DNA from: Minisyncoccota bacterium
GTDB taxonomy: Bacteria > Patescibacteriota > Minisyncoccia > SW-4-49-11
Direction of reading: 5' to 3'
DNA: 64,000 nt
NCBI GenBank assembly: GCA_032117235.1
Contig: JAULZW010000005.1
Coordinates: forward strand, 31,264 to 95,263
Both the position numbers and the translations under genes were made by a program. Position 1 is the stretch's first letter, and each line of letters opens with the position of its first letter. Below are positions 1 to 11,067 of the stretch, one piece after another. The notes under the pieces were generated by a model, which was given only the letters and a program-made list of their open reading frames with translations, did not search any database and was not told where the DNA came from.

Positions 1-2
1 AT

Positions 3-647
3 ACATTGGTTTACTTTGATGCTAATAATAATCTTTACTTTACATTCCCAAGAGAAGCTTTAGAAGGTTATCAGGATATTAGTACAACTGCTGAATGTAA
101 GCTAAAGGAATACAATCCAAGAGAGTCAGATTTTTATGATGGGGTGGGGACAGTTTATGATCATTTTGTAGTAATGCCAGCACAAGAAGGTATAGGAAGC
201 GTATATTTAGGTAATGTGAGAGCAGCATTGAATGGGAATAAAGAATTTGAGACTTCCGTAATTGTAGAAAATAAAAAATTAATTTCAGCAGTCGATAAAA
301 TTAAGACTAATATTTATGGAGAGAATAAAGTTCTGGATAGTTTTTTATCAGAGGATAGAATGGAAATTAAAGATGCCCAAGGTAATTTAATAGGAGGATT
401 ACTAAAAGAGGAGGAGCAGAAAAAAGAAAATGATAAAGCACTAAGAAGTAAGTTTTTCAACGAACACCCTGATAATCCAACTGAAGAGCAATTTATAAAT
501 TATTTCATATATAATTTAGATAACTATAACTATTTAGGTAAAAGAATGCCATTTATAAAAAATACTAAGGATGAGCAAAAAGTAGCCTTTGCACAAAAAC
601 TGTGGGAGTCTGTAAAGGAAAAATATTCAAGCAATAGTCAGAGCTAA
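3..647 (+). CDS. hypothetical protein, 5' partial (runs off the window start)
   Basis: Open frame from the window edge. The ORF track starts at a TTG, so the true start lies upstream. No recognisable motif. Confidence 0.35.
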   Translation, partial: TLVYFDANNNLYFTFPREALEGYQDISTTAECKLKEYNPRESDFYDGVGTVYDHFVVMPAQEGIGSVYLGNVRAALNGNKEFETSVIVENKKLISAVDKIKTNIYGENKVLDSFLSEDRMEIKDAQGNLIGGLLKEEEQKKENDKALRSKFFNEHPDNPTEEQFINYFIYNLDNYNYLGKRMPFIKNTKDEQKVAFAQKLWESVKEKYSSNSQS

Positions 648-661
648 GTAAGTATACTTAA

Positions 662-1276
662 TTACAACCCCAAAATCTCTTTAACTTTCATAATAGTGAC
701 TTTTTCTTGGCGGGTGAGTTCATCTAGGGAGTTTTGTATGGATTTGAGATTGGTTTTCATCTCTGGGATGATAACATATTCTAGTGCATTGACTCGTCGT
801 CTAGTGGCTTCGATTTCCTCGGCTAGTAGTCTGGCGGTGAATTCTATCTCAGCTAATTTGACTAATAGAGGTAATATATTCTGCAAGGTTAAGAGGGCTT
901 GGTCTAAATCTTTGGGTGTGCCTAAAGTTCCATATTGGAAGGGGTCTCCTTGTAAATGGGGGATTATATGTGGGATAGTCACTCCCATAATGGATTTCTT
1001 TTGTAATTCTAGATAAGTCTTTGCTTGGGATAGATGTATTAGTTCATTGATGGCTTCGGTTGAGATTTTGGTCTGAGCAAATTGAAATAATTGTATGGCT
1101 TCTACAATTTTGGGAGTTAATTCTCCTCTTAGCTTGATTACTTCTTGGATAATGGCTAGAAATTCTTGTATCAGTCCATCTCTCTTGTCGGTGAGCAAAC
1201 TATGTCCGCGAGAAGCGGTTTTAATCTTCTTTTTAAGTTTGAGAGCTTCTTGTCTAGTCGGTTTGACGGCGGGCAT
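662..1276 (-). CDS. atpD: A/V-type ATP synthase subunit D
   Basis: 204 aa, coiled-coil central-stalk protein with an MPAVKPTRQEALKLKKKIK-type N-terminus. It is the last gene of the atpHIKECFABD-ordered operon. Confidence 0.8.
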   Translation of the reverse strand: MPAVKPTRQEALKLKKKIKTASRGHSLLTDKRDGLIQEFLAIIQEVIKLRGELTPKIVEAIQLFQFAQTKISTEAINELIHLSQAKTYLELQKKSIMGVTIPHIIPHLQGDPFQYGTLGTPKDLDQALLTLQNILPLLVKLAEIEFTARLLAEEIEATRRRVNALEYVIIPEMKTNLKSIQNSLDELTRQEKVTIMKVKEILGL

Positions 1277-1278
1277 AC

Positions 1279-2664
1279 TTATTTGGAGTATTTATCTATG
1301 AATTCGGGCTTGATTTTCTTGAGTTCTTTTCTTGGTAATATGGATAATAAGTCCCAAGATAAATCTAGTGTGTCTAGAATGGTTCGGTTTTCTTTTCGTC
1401 CTTGTCTAATATATCTATTCTCAAAGGCTTCAGCGAATTTAATATAGGCTTTATCTGTCTCAGATAGGGCAGATTCTCCTAAAATTAGGGCTAATTCTTT
1501 GATTTCTATACCTTTGGCATAGGAGGAGGCCATTTGCTCTTTGACAGCGGATAAATCTTCTCGGCTGTATTTTTTATTAACTCCAATTCGTGATAATGAT
1601 CCAATTGGTTGTATTGGAGGGTATATTCCTTGATTATGTAGCTCTCTGTTGACCATAATTTGCCCCTCTGTGATGTATCCGGTCAAATCCGGTATTGGAT
1701 GCTGCTTATCATCATCTGGCATTGTAAGGATAGGAATTTGGGTTAATGACCCTGTGGAGCCTTTGACTATTCCTGCTCTTTCATACAATGTTGCAAGGTC
1801 GGTGTATAGATATCCTGGATATCCTCGTCGTCCTGGAATTTCTTTTCTAGAAGCGGATACTTCTCTTAAGGCATCTGCATAATTTGTCATATCGGTTAAT
1901 ATAACTAATACATGCATATTTTTCTCAAAGGCAAGATATTCTCCGAGAGTAAGTGCTAATCTTGGTAGGGTAATTCTCTCTACAATTGGGTCGCTAGCGG
2001 TGTTGATAAATAAAGCAGCTCTCTCCATTGCTCCAGTTTTCTCAAAGGAGTCGATGAAGAATTGTGCTTCCTCAAAAGTCACTCCCATAGCTGCAAAAAT
2101 CACTACAAAAGGTTCTTCAGCTTGTATTAATTCTTTTCCATTTTGTAGGGCTACAACTTGGGCTTGTTCAGCAATTTGGGTGGCTATTTCAGAATGTGGT
2201 AGTCCTGAGCCTGAGAAAATTGGTAACTTTTGTCCTCTTACTAGGGCATTTAGGCCATCTATGGTGGAAATTCCAGTTTGAATAAATTCGCTAGGGAATT
2301 GTCTCATTCCTGGGTTAATAGGGGATCCATTAATATCTAAATATTTCTCAGCTATAATTTCGGGGCCTCCATCTTTGACTTTCCCAGCTCCGGTGAATAC
2401 TCGTCCTAACATACTGTCAGATACTCCGAATTTCAAAGTTTCTCCTAAGAAAGCTATTTCTGCTGTGTCTATATCTAATCCTTCGGTATTAGTGAATAAT
2501 TGTACGATAGCTTGGTCTTCCCCAGCTTCTAGAACTCGTCCTTGTCGGATATTACCTTTGGAATCTCTAATCTCCACGATTTCCTCGAAGGCGACTTGAG
2601 GTACTTTTTCCACTACTACTAATGGTCCAGCAATTTCTTTGATTGTATTATACCATTTCTTCAT
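1279..2664 (-). CDS. atpB: A/V-type ATP synthase subunit B (non-catalytic)
   Basis: 461 aa of F1/V1 alpha-beta fold immediately downstream of subunit A. Carries a degenerate P-loop region typical of B subunits. Confidence 0.9.
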   Translation of the reverse strand: MKKWYNTIKEIAGPLVVVEKVPQVAFEEIVEIRDSKGNIRQGRVLEAGEDQAIVQLFTNTEGLDIDTAEIAFLGETLKFGVSDSMLGRVFTGAGKVKDGGPEIIAEKYLDINGSPINPGMRQFPSEFIQTGISTIDGLNALVRGQKLPIFSGSGLPHSEIATQIAEQAQVVALQNGKELIQAEEPFVVIFAAMGVTFEEAQFFIDSFEKTGAMERAALFINTASDPIVERITLPRLALTLGEYLAFEKNMHVLVILTDMTNYADALREVSASRKEIPGRRGYPGYLYTDLATLYERAGIVKGSTGSLTQIPILTMPDDDKQHPIPDLTGYITEGQIMVNRELHNQGIYPPIQPIGSLSRIGVNKKYSREDLSAVKEQMASSYAKGIEIKELALILGESALSETDKAYIKFAEAFENRYIRQGRKENRTILDTLDLSWDLLSILPRKELKKIKPEFIDKYSK

Positions 2665-2673
2665 ATTATTATC

Positions 2674-4506
2674 CTAAATTCCACTTATTACTTTATTGAT
2701 ACCAAAATCCTCAGGTTTATCATTGTCTTTTAGGTTCTGAATAGTGCTTGAAATTTTCTCAATTAGAGGTACTATGGTCTCAATTTCAGCTTCGGGAGTG
2801 TTCTTGAGTCTAGATATTTCTTCTCGGATTGGTAACTCTAATATGTCATTGGTCTCAACTTGGGTATCTTTTTTAGCTAATTCAGTAGCTTCTTTATGGA
2901 AGGTGAGCATAGCTTTTAGCATCAAATACATTTTGCGAGTGGAGGCAAAAGCATCAATTTCATCGAAGGCATTTTGTTGTAAATAATCTTCTCTTAGGCC
3001 ACGGGCAGTGTCTAGTAGAATTTTCTCCGAAGTGGAGAGTGCATCCATACCAACTAATTTAATAATATCATCAAGTTCATTTTCTTTTTGTAGAATTTGC
3101 ATAGCTAAGTCTCGTAATTCTTTCCAATCGGCATCGGTTTTATTTATAAAATATTCTTCCACATTTTCCTTATAAAGACTGTAACTATTAAGCCAATGAA
3201 TAGATGGGAAATGTTTTTTAGCAGCAAGAGAGGCATCTAATCCCCAAAAAGCTTTGGTCACTTTGAGGGTAGCTTGGCTAACAGGTTCGGATAAATCTCC
3301 TCCTGGAGGCGATACAGCTGCAATAATGGTGGCTGACCCAGTTCTTCCCTCAGAACCAAGAGTTGTCACAATACCCGCTCTTTCATAAAAAGCTGAAATT
3401 CGAGATCCAAGATAAGCAGGATATCCTTCTTCTCCGGGCATTTCTTCTAATCTTCCTGACATTTCACGCATAGCTTCAGCCCAACGAGAGGTAGAATCGG
3501 CCATCATAGCCACATTATATCCCATATCTCGATAATATTCAGCAAGAGTAATACCTGTATATACAGAGGCTTCACGAGCGGCAATTGGCATATTGGATGT
3601 ATTGGCTACAAGAATTGTTCTTTCCATCAATGGTCGGCCTGAATTTGGATCTTTAAGATGTGGGAATTCTACTAATACATCGGTAATCTCATTTCCTCTC
3701 TCTCCGCAGCCAACATAAACCACAACATCGGCATCTGACCATTTTGCCAATTGATGCTGAATAACTGTCTTTCCAGCTCCGAATGGTCCTGGTACGGCAG
3801 CCGCTCCTCCTTTGGGAATTGGGAAAAAGGTATCTATAATTCTCTGCTGGGTAATAAGTGGAGTAGTGGGGATTTGTTTAGCTTTGTATGGTCTTGGAGT
3901 TCGAACTGGCCATTTATGCATCAATTGTACAGATGTGTCTCCAATCTTAGCTACTGTCTCGGTAACAGTGAATTCTCCTGCTTTAATCTCAGTGATTGTT
4001 CCCTCAACTCCAAAAGGCACTAGAATTTTATGAGTGATTAGCTCAGTTTCTTGTACTGTTCCTAGTATATCTCCAGCTTGAACTTGAGCGCCTTTTTGTA
4101 CTGATGGCTTAAACTCCCATTTTATCTCTCTATCCAAACTAGGAGCTGTTAAACCTTTTGTTATATATTCAGAATTGAGACCTTGGGCAGCTGTTTTCTC
4201 GGCAATTACATTGAGTGGTCTTAAAATTCCATCAAATAATCCAGCAGTCAAAAGTCCTGGGCCTAACTCTATACTAAGGGGCTCTCCAGTAGAAACAACT
4301 GGTTCTCCAACTACCAATCCAGAAGTGTCTTCATAGACTTGAATAGAGGCGGTATTGCCTTTGAGTTCAATAATTTCTCCCATTAATTCTAAGTTTCCAA
4401 CTCTGACCAAATCATACATTTTAGCTCCAATCATAGAGTCAGCTATAACTAAGGGTCCTGAGATTTTGATAATAGTTCCGGTATTCATAGTCATTATTTT
4501 AATCAA
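2674..4506 (-). CDS. atpA: A/V-type ATP synthase catalytic subunit A
   Basis: 610 aa. Walker A GPFGAGKT. Conserved V1-A blocks [15 protein letters not shown] and [11 protein letters not shown]. Confidence 0.92.
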   Translation of the reverse strand: MIKIMTMNTGTIIKISGPLVIADSMIGAKMYDLVRVGNLELMGEIIELKGNTASIQVYEDTSGLVVGEPVVSTGEPLSIELGPGLLTAGLFDGILRPLNVIAEKTAAQGLNSEYITKGLTAPSLDREIKWEFKPSVQKGAQVQAGDILGTVQETELITHKILVPFGVEGTITEIKAGEFTVTETVAKIGDTSVQLMHKWPVRTPRPYKAKQIPTTPLITQQRIIDTFFPIPKGGAAAVPGPFGAGKTVIQHQLAKWSDADVVVYVGCGERGNEITDVLVEFPHLKDPNSGRPLMERTILVANTSNMPIAAREASVYTGITLAEYYRDMGYNVAMMADSTSRWAEAMREMSGRLEEMPGEEGYPAYLGSRISAFYERAGIVTTLGSEGRTGSATIIAAVSPPGGDLSEPVSQATLKVTKAFWGLDASLAAKKHFPSIHWLNSYSLYKENVEEYFINKTDADWKELRDLAMQILQKENELDDIIKLVGMDALSTSEKILLDTARGLREDYLQQNAFDEIDAFASTRKMYLMLKAMLTFHKEATELAKKDTQVETNDILELPIREEISRLKNTPEAEIETIVPLIEKISSTIQNLKDNDKPEDFGINKVISGI

Positions 4507-4826
4507 GAGGCGAATAATTTGTCTAGGCTCATCCCTACTGCTTTTTCGGTGAGATGTTTTAATTCCTCAACGGAATTACTATCTGAGCTAATAGGTAGCT
4601 GTGAGATAGGTATATTGAGTGAGTTCAAGACTTTTTTTTGTTTAGAGGTAAGAATTATATTGGAGGCTATAAATATAATAGCATACATTTCGGCATCTTT
4701 TTGAATAGTATCTATAATTTGGTCTATTTCTAATTCATTACTATTCAAAGTCTCAAATCCAAATAATTGAAATAAGAGATTAATGTCTGATTCAGCTATT
4801 ATAACTGGTTTTTTATAGTCTAACAT
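4503..4826 (-). CDS. atpF: A/V-type ATP synthase subunit F
   Basis: 107 aa with a subunit-F-like N-terminus ([19 protein letters not shown]). Position is between C and A, as in A-type operons. Confidence 0.6.
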   Translation of the reverse strand: MLDYKKPVIIAESDINLLFQLFGFETLNSNELEIDQIIDTIQKDAEMYAIIFIASNIILTSKQKKVLNSLNIPISQLPISSDSNSVEELKHLTEKAVGMSLDKLFAS

Positions 4827-5761
4827 ATATTGGAATAATCTATAAATCTTAATTTAGCTTGCTTGGAATCAAATTCCTTAGAATGCTGTAAAATCAGTAA
4901 TTTAAAGTTTGAAATAGCATATTGTAATCTCTCGGTATATTGAATAATTCTATCTCCGGACATACCGCTAAATTGAGCTCTATTTATGGTCTTGATTTCA
5001 TTTTTAATAAGGGTGTTTTCAATATTGATGGTATTTATATCTACAGGAGCTAAATTTAAATATTGACCAATATCTCCTAACACGTCTCCAAAACTAAATC
5101 CTTTTACCGCATTGATAGCCAAACTTCCTTGAATTGGTAATAAGTGTCGTAAAATATGTTCTTTAGATTGCCCTTTTTGAGTTCTAGCTAAAACATTGAG
5201 TAGGGTATAGCTATCTATTTTAGCTAAGACAAAGTCTCTCATAATATCACTACTATAGTCCAAATTTTCAAAAAGTAAGGTCAAGAATATCTCCTCTAAA
5301 TAGGAAATAATGCTAAAGCTATCTTTAGAGTGTATTAGCTTCTCTTCTTTAATTAGTAATTTTGTTTTAAACTTGGAGCCATAATATAGTTGAGTTGTCG
5401 TACCATCTAAAATCTGTTCAAATGATTTTTCTCCCAAATTTTCACCATAAATAGTTTTATTCAAAGCTAGGGTTTTTAATTTTTCAAAGTCTTTAGTAAG
5501 GGTTAAGTAAATAAAAGGAGATGTATTTTCTGGTAAAAGAGACAAGATTTCATCCAATTGTTTACTATAGTGATGATTTAGATTTGTAATAGCATTTCCT
5601 TGGTTAATATCTATCAATCCAAATGAATCTCGAATCATATTCAAAATAACATCAATATTACCTGTATTGAGTAAATTTTTGGTCTCAGTAGAAACGGGTA
5701 AATGCCCTAATCGAGAGACATATCTACTAGTAACACCAATTAGAGGAACTTGTAAACTCAT
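4820..5761 (-). CDS. atpC: A/V-type ATP synthase subunit C (V0 d-like)
   Basis: 313 aa soluble protein between E and F. Assigned mainly by operon position and size. Confidence 0.55.
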   Translation of the reverse strand: MSLQVPLIGVTSRYVSRLGHLPVSTETKNLLNTGNIDVILNMIRDSFGLIDINQGNAITNLNHHYSKQLDEILSLLPENTSPFIYLTLTKDFEKLKTLALNKTIYGENLGEKSFEQILDGTTTQLYYGSKFKTKLLIKEEKLIHSKDSFSIISYLEEIFLTLLFENLDYSSDIMRDFVLAKIDSYTLLNVLARTQKGQSKEHILRHLLPIQGSLAINAVKGFSFGDVLGDIGQYLNLAPVDINTINIENTLIKNEIKTINRAQFSGMSGDRIIQYTERLQYAISNFKLLILQHSKEFDSKQAKLRFIDYSNIC

Positions 5762-6294
5762 ATTTCCTTTATTACGGAGGCTAATGTTGTTTTTTTGACT
5801 TTATCCAAAATATCCTCAACAGTAATTTCTAGGCTGATATTCTCTAACTTGCCATTAATGGCCCCTAAATTAGAGTTTTGATTGCTTTTACTGTTTTTAT
5901 AGCCAAGACTTGAAATTATATCTTTTAATTCTTCGGTATATTTTCCAGTAATAGTTAAAGTTGTGTTCTGTGGGATACCCTGAAGAGTGTCTTGAATTAA
6001 AGTTTTGACAAAGTTAGAAGCTAGAATTTCTGGTAAAGATTCAATATAAATAACTTCTAATTGAGATTGTATAGCATAGCCAGAATTGAATTTACTAGTT
6101 TTACTGTTTTGGAATTTCTGAAAATTAACTTGAGTAGCAACGGCTTCTTCAATTTTTTCAGTATGTAGCTTTTTGGTCTCAGACAAAGCAGTATTCCATG
6201 TATCTTTGTTTTCTTTCAAGTCTGCTTTATATTGAGCTTCTAATTTCTCAATATCTTTATTCATCTGAGATTGTATTAAATCTGCTAAAGTCAT
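5758..6294 (-). CDS. atpE: A/V-type ATP synthase subunit E (peripheral stalk)
   Basis: 178 aa with a charged coiled-coil N-terminus and a globular C-terminus. Position after subunit K. Confidence 0.6.
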   Translation of the reverse strand: MTLADLIQSQMNKDIEKLEAQYKADLKENKDTWNTALSETKKLHTEKIEEAVATQVNFQKFQNSKTSKFNSGYAIQSQLEVIYIESLPEILASNFVKTLIQDTLQGIPQNTTLTITGKYTEELKDIISSLGYKNSKSNQNSNLGAINGKLENISLEITVEDILDKVKKTTLASVIKEI

Positions 6295-6296
6295 AT

Positions 6297-6776
6297 TTAT
6301 CCTACTGATACTCCGTTAATAATTAGAATAGAAACTAGCAATCCGAAAACAGCAAAAGTCTCTACTAAAGCGGCTAAGATAATTACTTGTCCAATCTTAG
6401 ATTTATCTCTAGCGATCAATTGAACTCCACTAGCAATTACATCACCCTGATATTTTCCAGAAGCTAAACAAGTAAGTCCTACAGGAATTCCAGCAAAAGC
6501 TAATATCATACCATTTTGCCAACTAACATTTGCAAACTCACCAGATAATACTCCAGTATTTTGCAGAATTAAAACAGCTGCTAAAAGACCATAAATAGCT
6601 TGTGATCCAGGCAGAGCTGATAATAAAAGTATATTCCCAAATTGAGAATCATCCTCAGCAACTAACCCAGCTCCAGTTTTACCAGCGGTAGAAACTCCGA
6701 TTGATGAGCCAGCTCCAGCTAAGCCGGCAGCTAGAGCAGCACCTAATACTGCTAAACTTATACCTAATACTTCCAT
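6297..6776 (-). CDS. atpK: A/V-type ATP synthase proteolipid subunit K (duplicated 4-TM c subunit)
   Basis: 159 aa and Gly/Ala-rich with four predicted TM helices (LAAGLAGAGSSIGVSTAGKTGAG). This matches a double-hairpin V-type c subunit. Confidence 0.85.
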   Translation of the reverse strand: MEVLGISLAVLGAALAAGLAGAGSSIGVSTAGKTGAGLVAEDDSQFGNILLLSALPGSQAIYGLLAAVLILQNTGVLSGEFANVSWQNGMILAFAGIPVGLTCLASGKYQGDVIASGVQLIARDKSKIGQVIILAALVETFAVFGLLVSILIINGVSVG

Positions 6777-6879
6777 ATATTCAACTTTAACTTTTAATTA
6801 GGGACAGAGCTTCTTACCACTGCTATCCTTTTCGCTATACTCCTAAATTTTTAAGAATATAATGAAAAAGATAACAGTA

Positions 6880-8916
6880 TTATTCAATAACACTATAATC
6901 TTGAGATCGAGAAACCTCCTGTAAGGGTCTTCCTCCAGATTGGAAGAATTTACTAAAGAATTCTACAAAGTGCAATCTACCTACATTGATATAAGTACCT
7001 AAGACATTCAGAGCAATATTAAATATATTTCCTGCTACAAAAATAACAATCATAATAATATATCCAATAACAATCCAAGCACCACCTTTTTCTACTAATC
7101 CGCTACCAGCTAGGTTTGCTAAGGTTCCTACTACTCCAGCAATAATTCCAGTTGCAAGACCTAGAGCAACTAACCTAGTATAAGATAGTATATCTGACAA
7201 ATATCCTACTACTCCAAAAAATACATCATAGGCTCCTTTACCAAACTTAGCAAATATAGACTTCATATCTCTACCCAAAAGATATATCATTGTAAATACA
7301 TAGCCAATATATATATATATCAGAGGATCAATGAGTAATTGAAGTCCATTTCCTAATAATCCAAAATTAATAAGCAATAATAATATTCCAAAGATCAAAG
7401 CTAAAGCCCAAAGAATAGAATCTAGACTAGCATCCCAGAATGACTTTTGATTGAATGCTTGTACAATGTTGAGAGATAACCCAAATAAAAGATGAATAAC
7501 TCCAAGTACAATAGTGAATCCCATCAAAGTAATTACACTGTCCATAGGATTGATAACTTGTAATTGCTGCAAGAAAGGAATTAGTCCAATACTAATTAAG
7601 AATTTCATATGAGGTGACGCTGTAGCAGGGTCAATTGCATCTGGAGTAATTCCAAACCAACTACCAAATAAAGCTCCTACAATCAAAGTAGAGATAGAAG
7701 CAATAAACACTACTGCAAAAATATCTCTTACACCTGATTTTAATCTAGAATTTAATAATCCAAGCCCAGTCAAAATAATTAGAATCAGCGCATATCCAGC
7801 CTCAGATAAAGCTAATCCGAACATAAAGGTGAAGAATATAGCAATAGATAAAGTCGGATCAATTTTGCCAGCCTGCGGATAACCCATAATTTTTGTTACA
7901 GTTTCAAAATGTCTTACAATAGGCAAGTTTTTGAATATAACTGGAGTGTCTTCAGATACAGATGGTAATTCTACAATTTTAATATCATTTGAAATGTCTA
8001 AAATATCTTTTTTATATAAATTAAACTTTTCTTCATCTACCCATAACTTTATAGAAGAATTTGTTTCAGATTCTGGATTAAAAGAATGTAAATAAGAAAT
8101 CAAATTTAGTTGAGAATTTAATACATCTGCTAAAATAGCCAAATCCTTGAGCTGAATAGGGGATTTTTTGAGCTCAAGATTTATTTTATTGATGATTTTG
8201 GCATTAACACTAAATTCTTGTTTACTTTTATGATAAATATCATAAAAAGATCCTGTAACTTCAGCTGGAAATTGAATGAAGGTAGCTTGATTTTGAATTA
8301 TATCTAGTCCAATTTTAACCTGATTTTTTGAAACGGCTAAAATATAAACATAATCAGTCCCAATTTTTTTAACAGACTCCAATACAATAGGAGATAAACT
8401 TTGCTCCAACTGCTCTACTAAATAATGGGCTCTAGATTCATCAACTAAAAATGGTAAAAATTTAATATAAGAATAGGGTTTAAAAATATTAAGTTCGATG
8501 TCTTTTAGAGGTTCTGATTTAGCAATAATATCTTGTAAAACTTCTTGTCTAGTTGTTAAATCATCTTTCAGTCCAGCTTTTTCTACAATCTCTTGAGCTT
8601 TTTTGATAATTTCTCCTTGCTCTGTATTATAATGTTCAAAAATGTCTTCAGTGATTAAAAATCTATCATCTAACACAGCTGAGAACATGGATTTTTTAAC
8701 AGTATGATACCCTTTGTATATATCCAAAGATTTATTTACTATATCTAGATTTTCTAATAGATCCTCTTGTTTATGTAAATAATTTTTAGCTAAAGGAGTT
8801 CTTTCTAGTTTTTCTATAATTTCTCCAACTTGACGCTTTTGAATATAAGCTAATAAGTTTAATTGAGTATTGTTTGGAACAGTGATTTGAATTAGTTTAG
8901 ACGCTTTAACTCCCAT
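6880..8916 (-). CDS. atpI: A/V-type ATP synthase subunit I (a-subunit, membrane)
   Basis: 678 aa with a soluble N-terminal half and a polytopic C-terminal half. Position between the atpH-like gene and K. Confidence 0.8.
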   Translation of the reverse strand: MGVKASKLIQITVPNNTQLNLLAYIQKRQVGEIIEKLERTPLAKNYLHKQEDLLENLDIVNKSLDIYKGYHTVKKSMFSAVLDDRFLITEDIFEHYNTEQGEIIKKAQEIVEKAGLKDDLTTRQEVLQDIIAKSEPLKDIELNIFKPYSYIKFLPFLVDESRAHYLVEQLEQSLSPIVLESVKKIGTDYVYILAVSKNQVKIGLDIIQNQATFIQFPAEVTGSFYDIYHKSKQEFSVNAKIINKINLELKKSPIQLKDLAILADVLNSQLNLISYLHSFNPESETNSSIKLWVDEEKFNLYKKDILDISNDIKIVELPSVSEDTPVIFKNLPIVRHFETVTKIMGYPQAGKIDPTLSIAIFFTFMFGLALSEAGYALILIILTGLGLLNSRLKSGVRDIFAVVFIASISTLIVGALFGSWFGITPDAIDPATASPHMKFLISIGLIPFLQQLQVINPMDSVITLMGFTIVLGVIHLLFGLSLNIVQAFNQKSFWDASLDSILWALALIFGILLLLINFGLLGNGLQLLIDPLIYIYIGYVFTMIYLLGRDMKSIFAKFGKGAYDVFFGVVGYLSDILSYTRLVALGLATGIIAGVVGTLANLAGSGLVEKGGAWIVIGYIIMIVIFVAGNIFNIALNVLGTYINVGRLHFVEFFSKFFQSGGRPLQEVSRSQDYSVIE

Positions 8917-8949
8917 ATAAATTTATCTATTTACAAGTATGACTATTAA

Positions 8950-9216
8950 TTATAACTGACTCAAAATAAGTTCTTTGATTTTTTTAGTATCTAATTTAAT
9001 TTCAGCTGAGCTAGAACCATTAGATTGTTTTTCATAAGCAACTAGCCTCTCATTAACAATCTGATTCTTATTCAAAATCTCTTTTTTAAGAACTGCAATA
9101 TTCTCTTTAGCTTGAATAATATAGTTCTGAGATAAGGTGTTATAGTCTTTTTGTAAAGATTTTTTCTTACTATTAAAAGACTTTTCAATTTCAATCAGTT
9201 CAACAAGTTTTTTCAT
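8950..9216 (-). CDS. small coiled-coil protein, probably the A/V-ATPase stator subunit H/G-like first gene of the operon
   Basis: 88 aa, entirely heptad-like. Sits directly upstream of atpI in the same orientation. Confidence 0.35.
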   Translation of the reverse strand: MKKLVELIEIEKSFNSKKKSLQKDYNTLSQNYIIQAKENIAVLKKEILNKNQIVNERLVAYEKQSNGSSSAEIKLDTKKIKELILSQL

Positions 9217-9473
9217 ACATATTTATAATTACAATTCATTATAGTCTAGAGAATTTTATTTGTCAATGATTTGTATGGGATTGGAGTGGGTTTAGAGGGT
9301 TTAGCTCCCAGCTTACAGGATTATTAATAATATATTCTTGAATTTTTAGTAAATCAGTATCATTACAAAAATACACTTCATATTATCTACACACACTGTA
9401 ACAAAATACCAATAACCTCCAAGATATAATTCTTTTGACAATCTTTTTATTTGCCTTTTCATAAAAAATATCC

Positions 9474-10928
9474 CTACACAAAGAATTTTTTACGAATTAT
9501 TTCATCTTGTTCTCTTTGCTTATCTTCAATTAAATTGATGGCCTTTATTTTCAAGTCTTTGAGGTCCTGTACGGCTAATATTTGAGCTTGTGATTTGAGA
9601 TAGTTGGGATTATTTTTACTTGGGTTCTCTAATATTTCGGCTAATAAAACATTTAGAATCATACCTATCATAGGTCCTGCTGGGATTTTTAATTCCTTAA
9701 TTAAAGTATTTCCATCTATTTTGAGCATAGATAAATCTATTGGGTCTAATAAAACTTTTTCTGTCATATATTCAAAATGCCGTAGGCGATAGGGGCGAGC
9801 CTTAGGAGTTCCAGAACCAATACGGTCACATTCTCTTAGCTTAATCAAGTCCTTGATATTCTCAACTCCTACATTACGGATAAGCTTACGAATAGAGGAT
9901 TCAGTCACTTCATTGGTATCATAATAAAACATATGATAACGCACTAATTTTGAAATTCGGGCTGCAAATTTTTTAGGATAATGAAGTCTATTGAGAATTT
10001 CATAAGCCATACTAGCGCCTACAACTTCATGATTATGAAAAGTACAGGTTTTCCCTACGCCTTCTTTAGTACGAGGTTTTGCAATATCATGTAATAGTCC
10101 AGCCATTCTCAAATCAAAGCTCCAAGACATATCACAAGCATGTTGCATAGTCCTCAAAAGATGTTCCCAAACATCATAAATATGATGTCCATTTTGTTCT
10201 ACTCCTATACCTTCTAATAATTCGGGCATTATGAAAGGTAATAAATGAGTATCTCTTAGTAATATATAGCCATTCATTGCTCGCGGGGTTAGCATCATTT
10301 TGGTGAGCTCATCTCGAATTCGCTCCTGCGCAATATGCTCGAGATTAGGAGCTAAATCTTGAATAGCTTGCAAGGTTTTAGGCTCAATGGTGAAATCTAA
10401 TTGCACTGCAAATCTCACAGCTCGCATTAGTCTCAAGGCATCTTCCCCAAATCTATCTTTTGGCTCACCCACAGTACGAATAATACCTTTTTCTAAGTCA
10501 GATAAACCTTCAAAGAAATCTTGTATTTCTAATTTAGCATTCATCGCCAGAGTATTAACAGTAAAATCTCGGCGAGCAAGGTCAAGAGAGAGTTCAGAGA
10601 CGAATTCAATTTGTTCAGGATGCCTCTTATCGGTATATTGAGATTCTTTGCGATAAGTGGTAACTTCAATAATCTCTGTCGTATCATCCGGACGGCGATA
10701 CTTGACCCCTACAGTTCCAAAACTATTCTCATAAACAGAGTCAGGAAATAATTCTTGAATTTGATTCGGAAGAGCATTAGTAGTAATATCCCAATCTACG
10801 GGATTTGAACCTCTCACAAGATCACGAACACTACCTCCAACAATAAAAGCTTCATATCCAGCTTGTTCGAGTGTATTCAATATTAAAATAATATGATTAG
10901 GTATAGAATAAGACATAATTTTTTTCAT
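9474..10928 (-). CDS. cca: CCA-adding tRNA nucleotidyltransferase with HD domain
   Basis: Class II polymerase-beta motif GGSVRDLVRGSNPVDWDITT and an HD motif LLHDIAKP. The start is set at the internal MKKIMSYS because the longer ORF would overlap the tRNA gene. Confidence 0.85.
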   Translation of the reverse strand: MKKIMSYSIPNHIILILNTLEQAGYEAFIVGGSVRDLVRGSNPVDWDITTNALPNQIQELFPDSVYENSFGTVGVKYRRPDDTTEIIEVTTYRKESQYTDKRHPEQIEFVSELSLDLARRDFTVNTLAMNAKLEIQDFFEGLSDLEKGIIRTVGEPKDRFGEDALRLMRAVRFAVQLDFTIEPKTLQAIQDLAPNLEHIAQERIRDELTKMMLTPRAMNGYILLRDTHLLPFIMPELLEGIGVEQNGHHIYDVWEHLLRTMQHACDMSWSFDLRMAGLLHDIAKPRTKEGVGKTCTFHNHEVVGASMAYEILNRLHYPKKFAARISKLVRYHMFYYDTNEVTESSIRKLIRNVGVENIKDLIKLRECDRIGSGTPKARPYRLRHFEYMTEKVLLDPIDLSMLKIDGNTLIKELKIPAGPMIGMILNVLLAEILENPSKNNPNYLKSQAQILAVQDLKDLKIKAINLIEDKQREQDEIIRKKFFV

Positions 10929-10936
10929 ATAAATAA

Positions 10937-11014
10937 TGGAGCCAATGGTGGGGATCGAACCCACGACCTATGCGTTACGAATGCATTGCTCTACCAGAAC
11001 TAAGCTACATTGGC
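10937..11014 (-). tRNA. tRNA-Thr (anticodon CGU), CCA encoded
   Basis: The reverse complement folds into a cloverleaf with a 7-bp acceptor stem GCCAATG/CATTGGC, T-loop TTCGATC and anticodon loop TTCGTAA with U33 and A37. One A-C mismatch closes the anticodon stem. The 3' end is TCCA. Confidence 0.88.
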
Positions 11015-11067
11015 ATAAGCATAGTATAGTCTAAAATGGCTGTAAGAGCAATACCAGAAAGAAAAAA

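Noticed and set aside
696-4552. Numerous 60-120-aa ORFs antisense to or nested in the atpD/atpB/atpA genes (e.g. 696..1016, 1095..1301, 1649..1882, 2000..2281, 3751..4033, 4355..4552)
   Set aside because: They lie entirely within well-supported conserved genes on the opposite strand or in other frames. They have low-complexity composition and no motifs, which is typical of spurious ORFs. The same applies to 9604..9792, 10387..10641, 12359..12589, 14090..14449, 18255..18491, 31208..31411, 33105..33323, 43196..43408, 43907..44113, 48834..49079, 50370..50922, 52505..52699, 54472..54852, 55482..55676, 57346..57540, 59152..59628, 59825..60064, 61084..61296, 61788..62045, 62474..62752 and 63154..63417.
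9217-9473. Possible regulatory RNA or promoter in the 257-nt region upstream of the A/V-ATPase operon
   Set aside because: It is AT-rich with no conserved hairpins or clear -35/-10 pair on the relevant (minus) strand that I could identify confidently. It presumably holds the operon promoter but cannot be pinpointed by eye.
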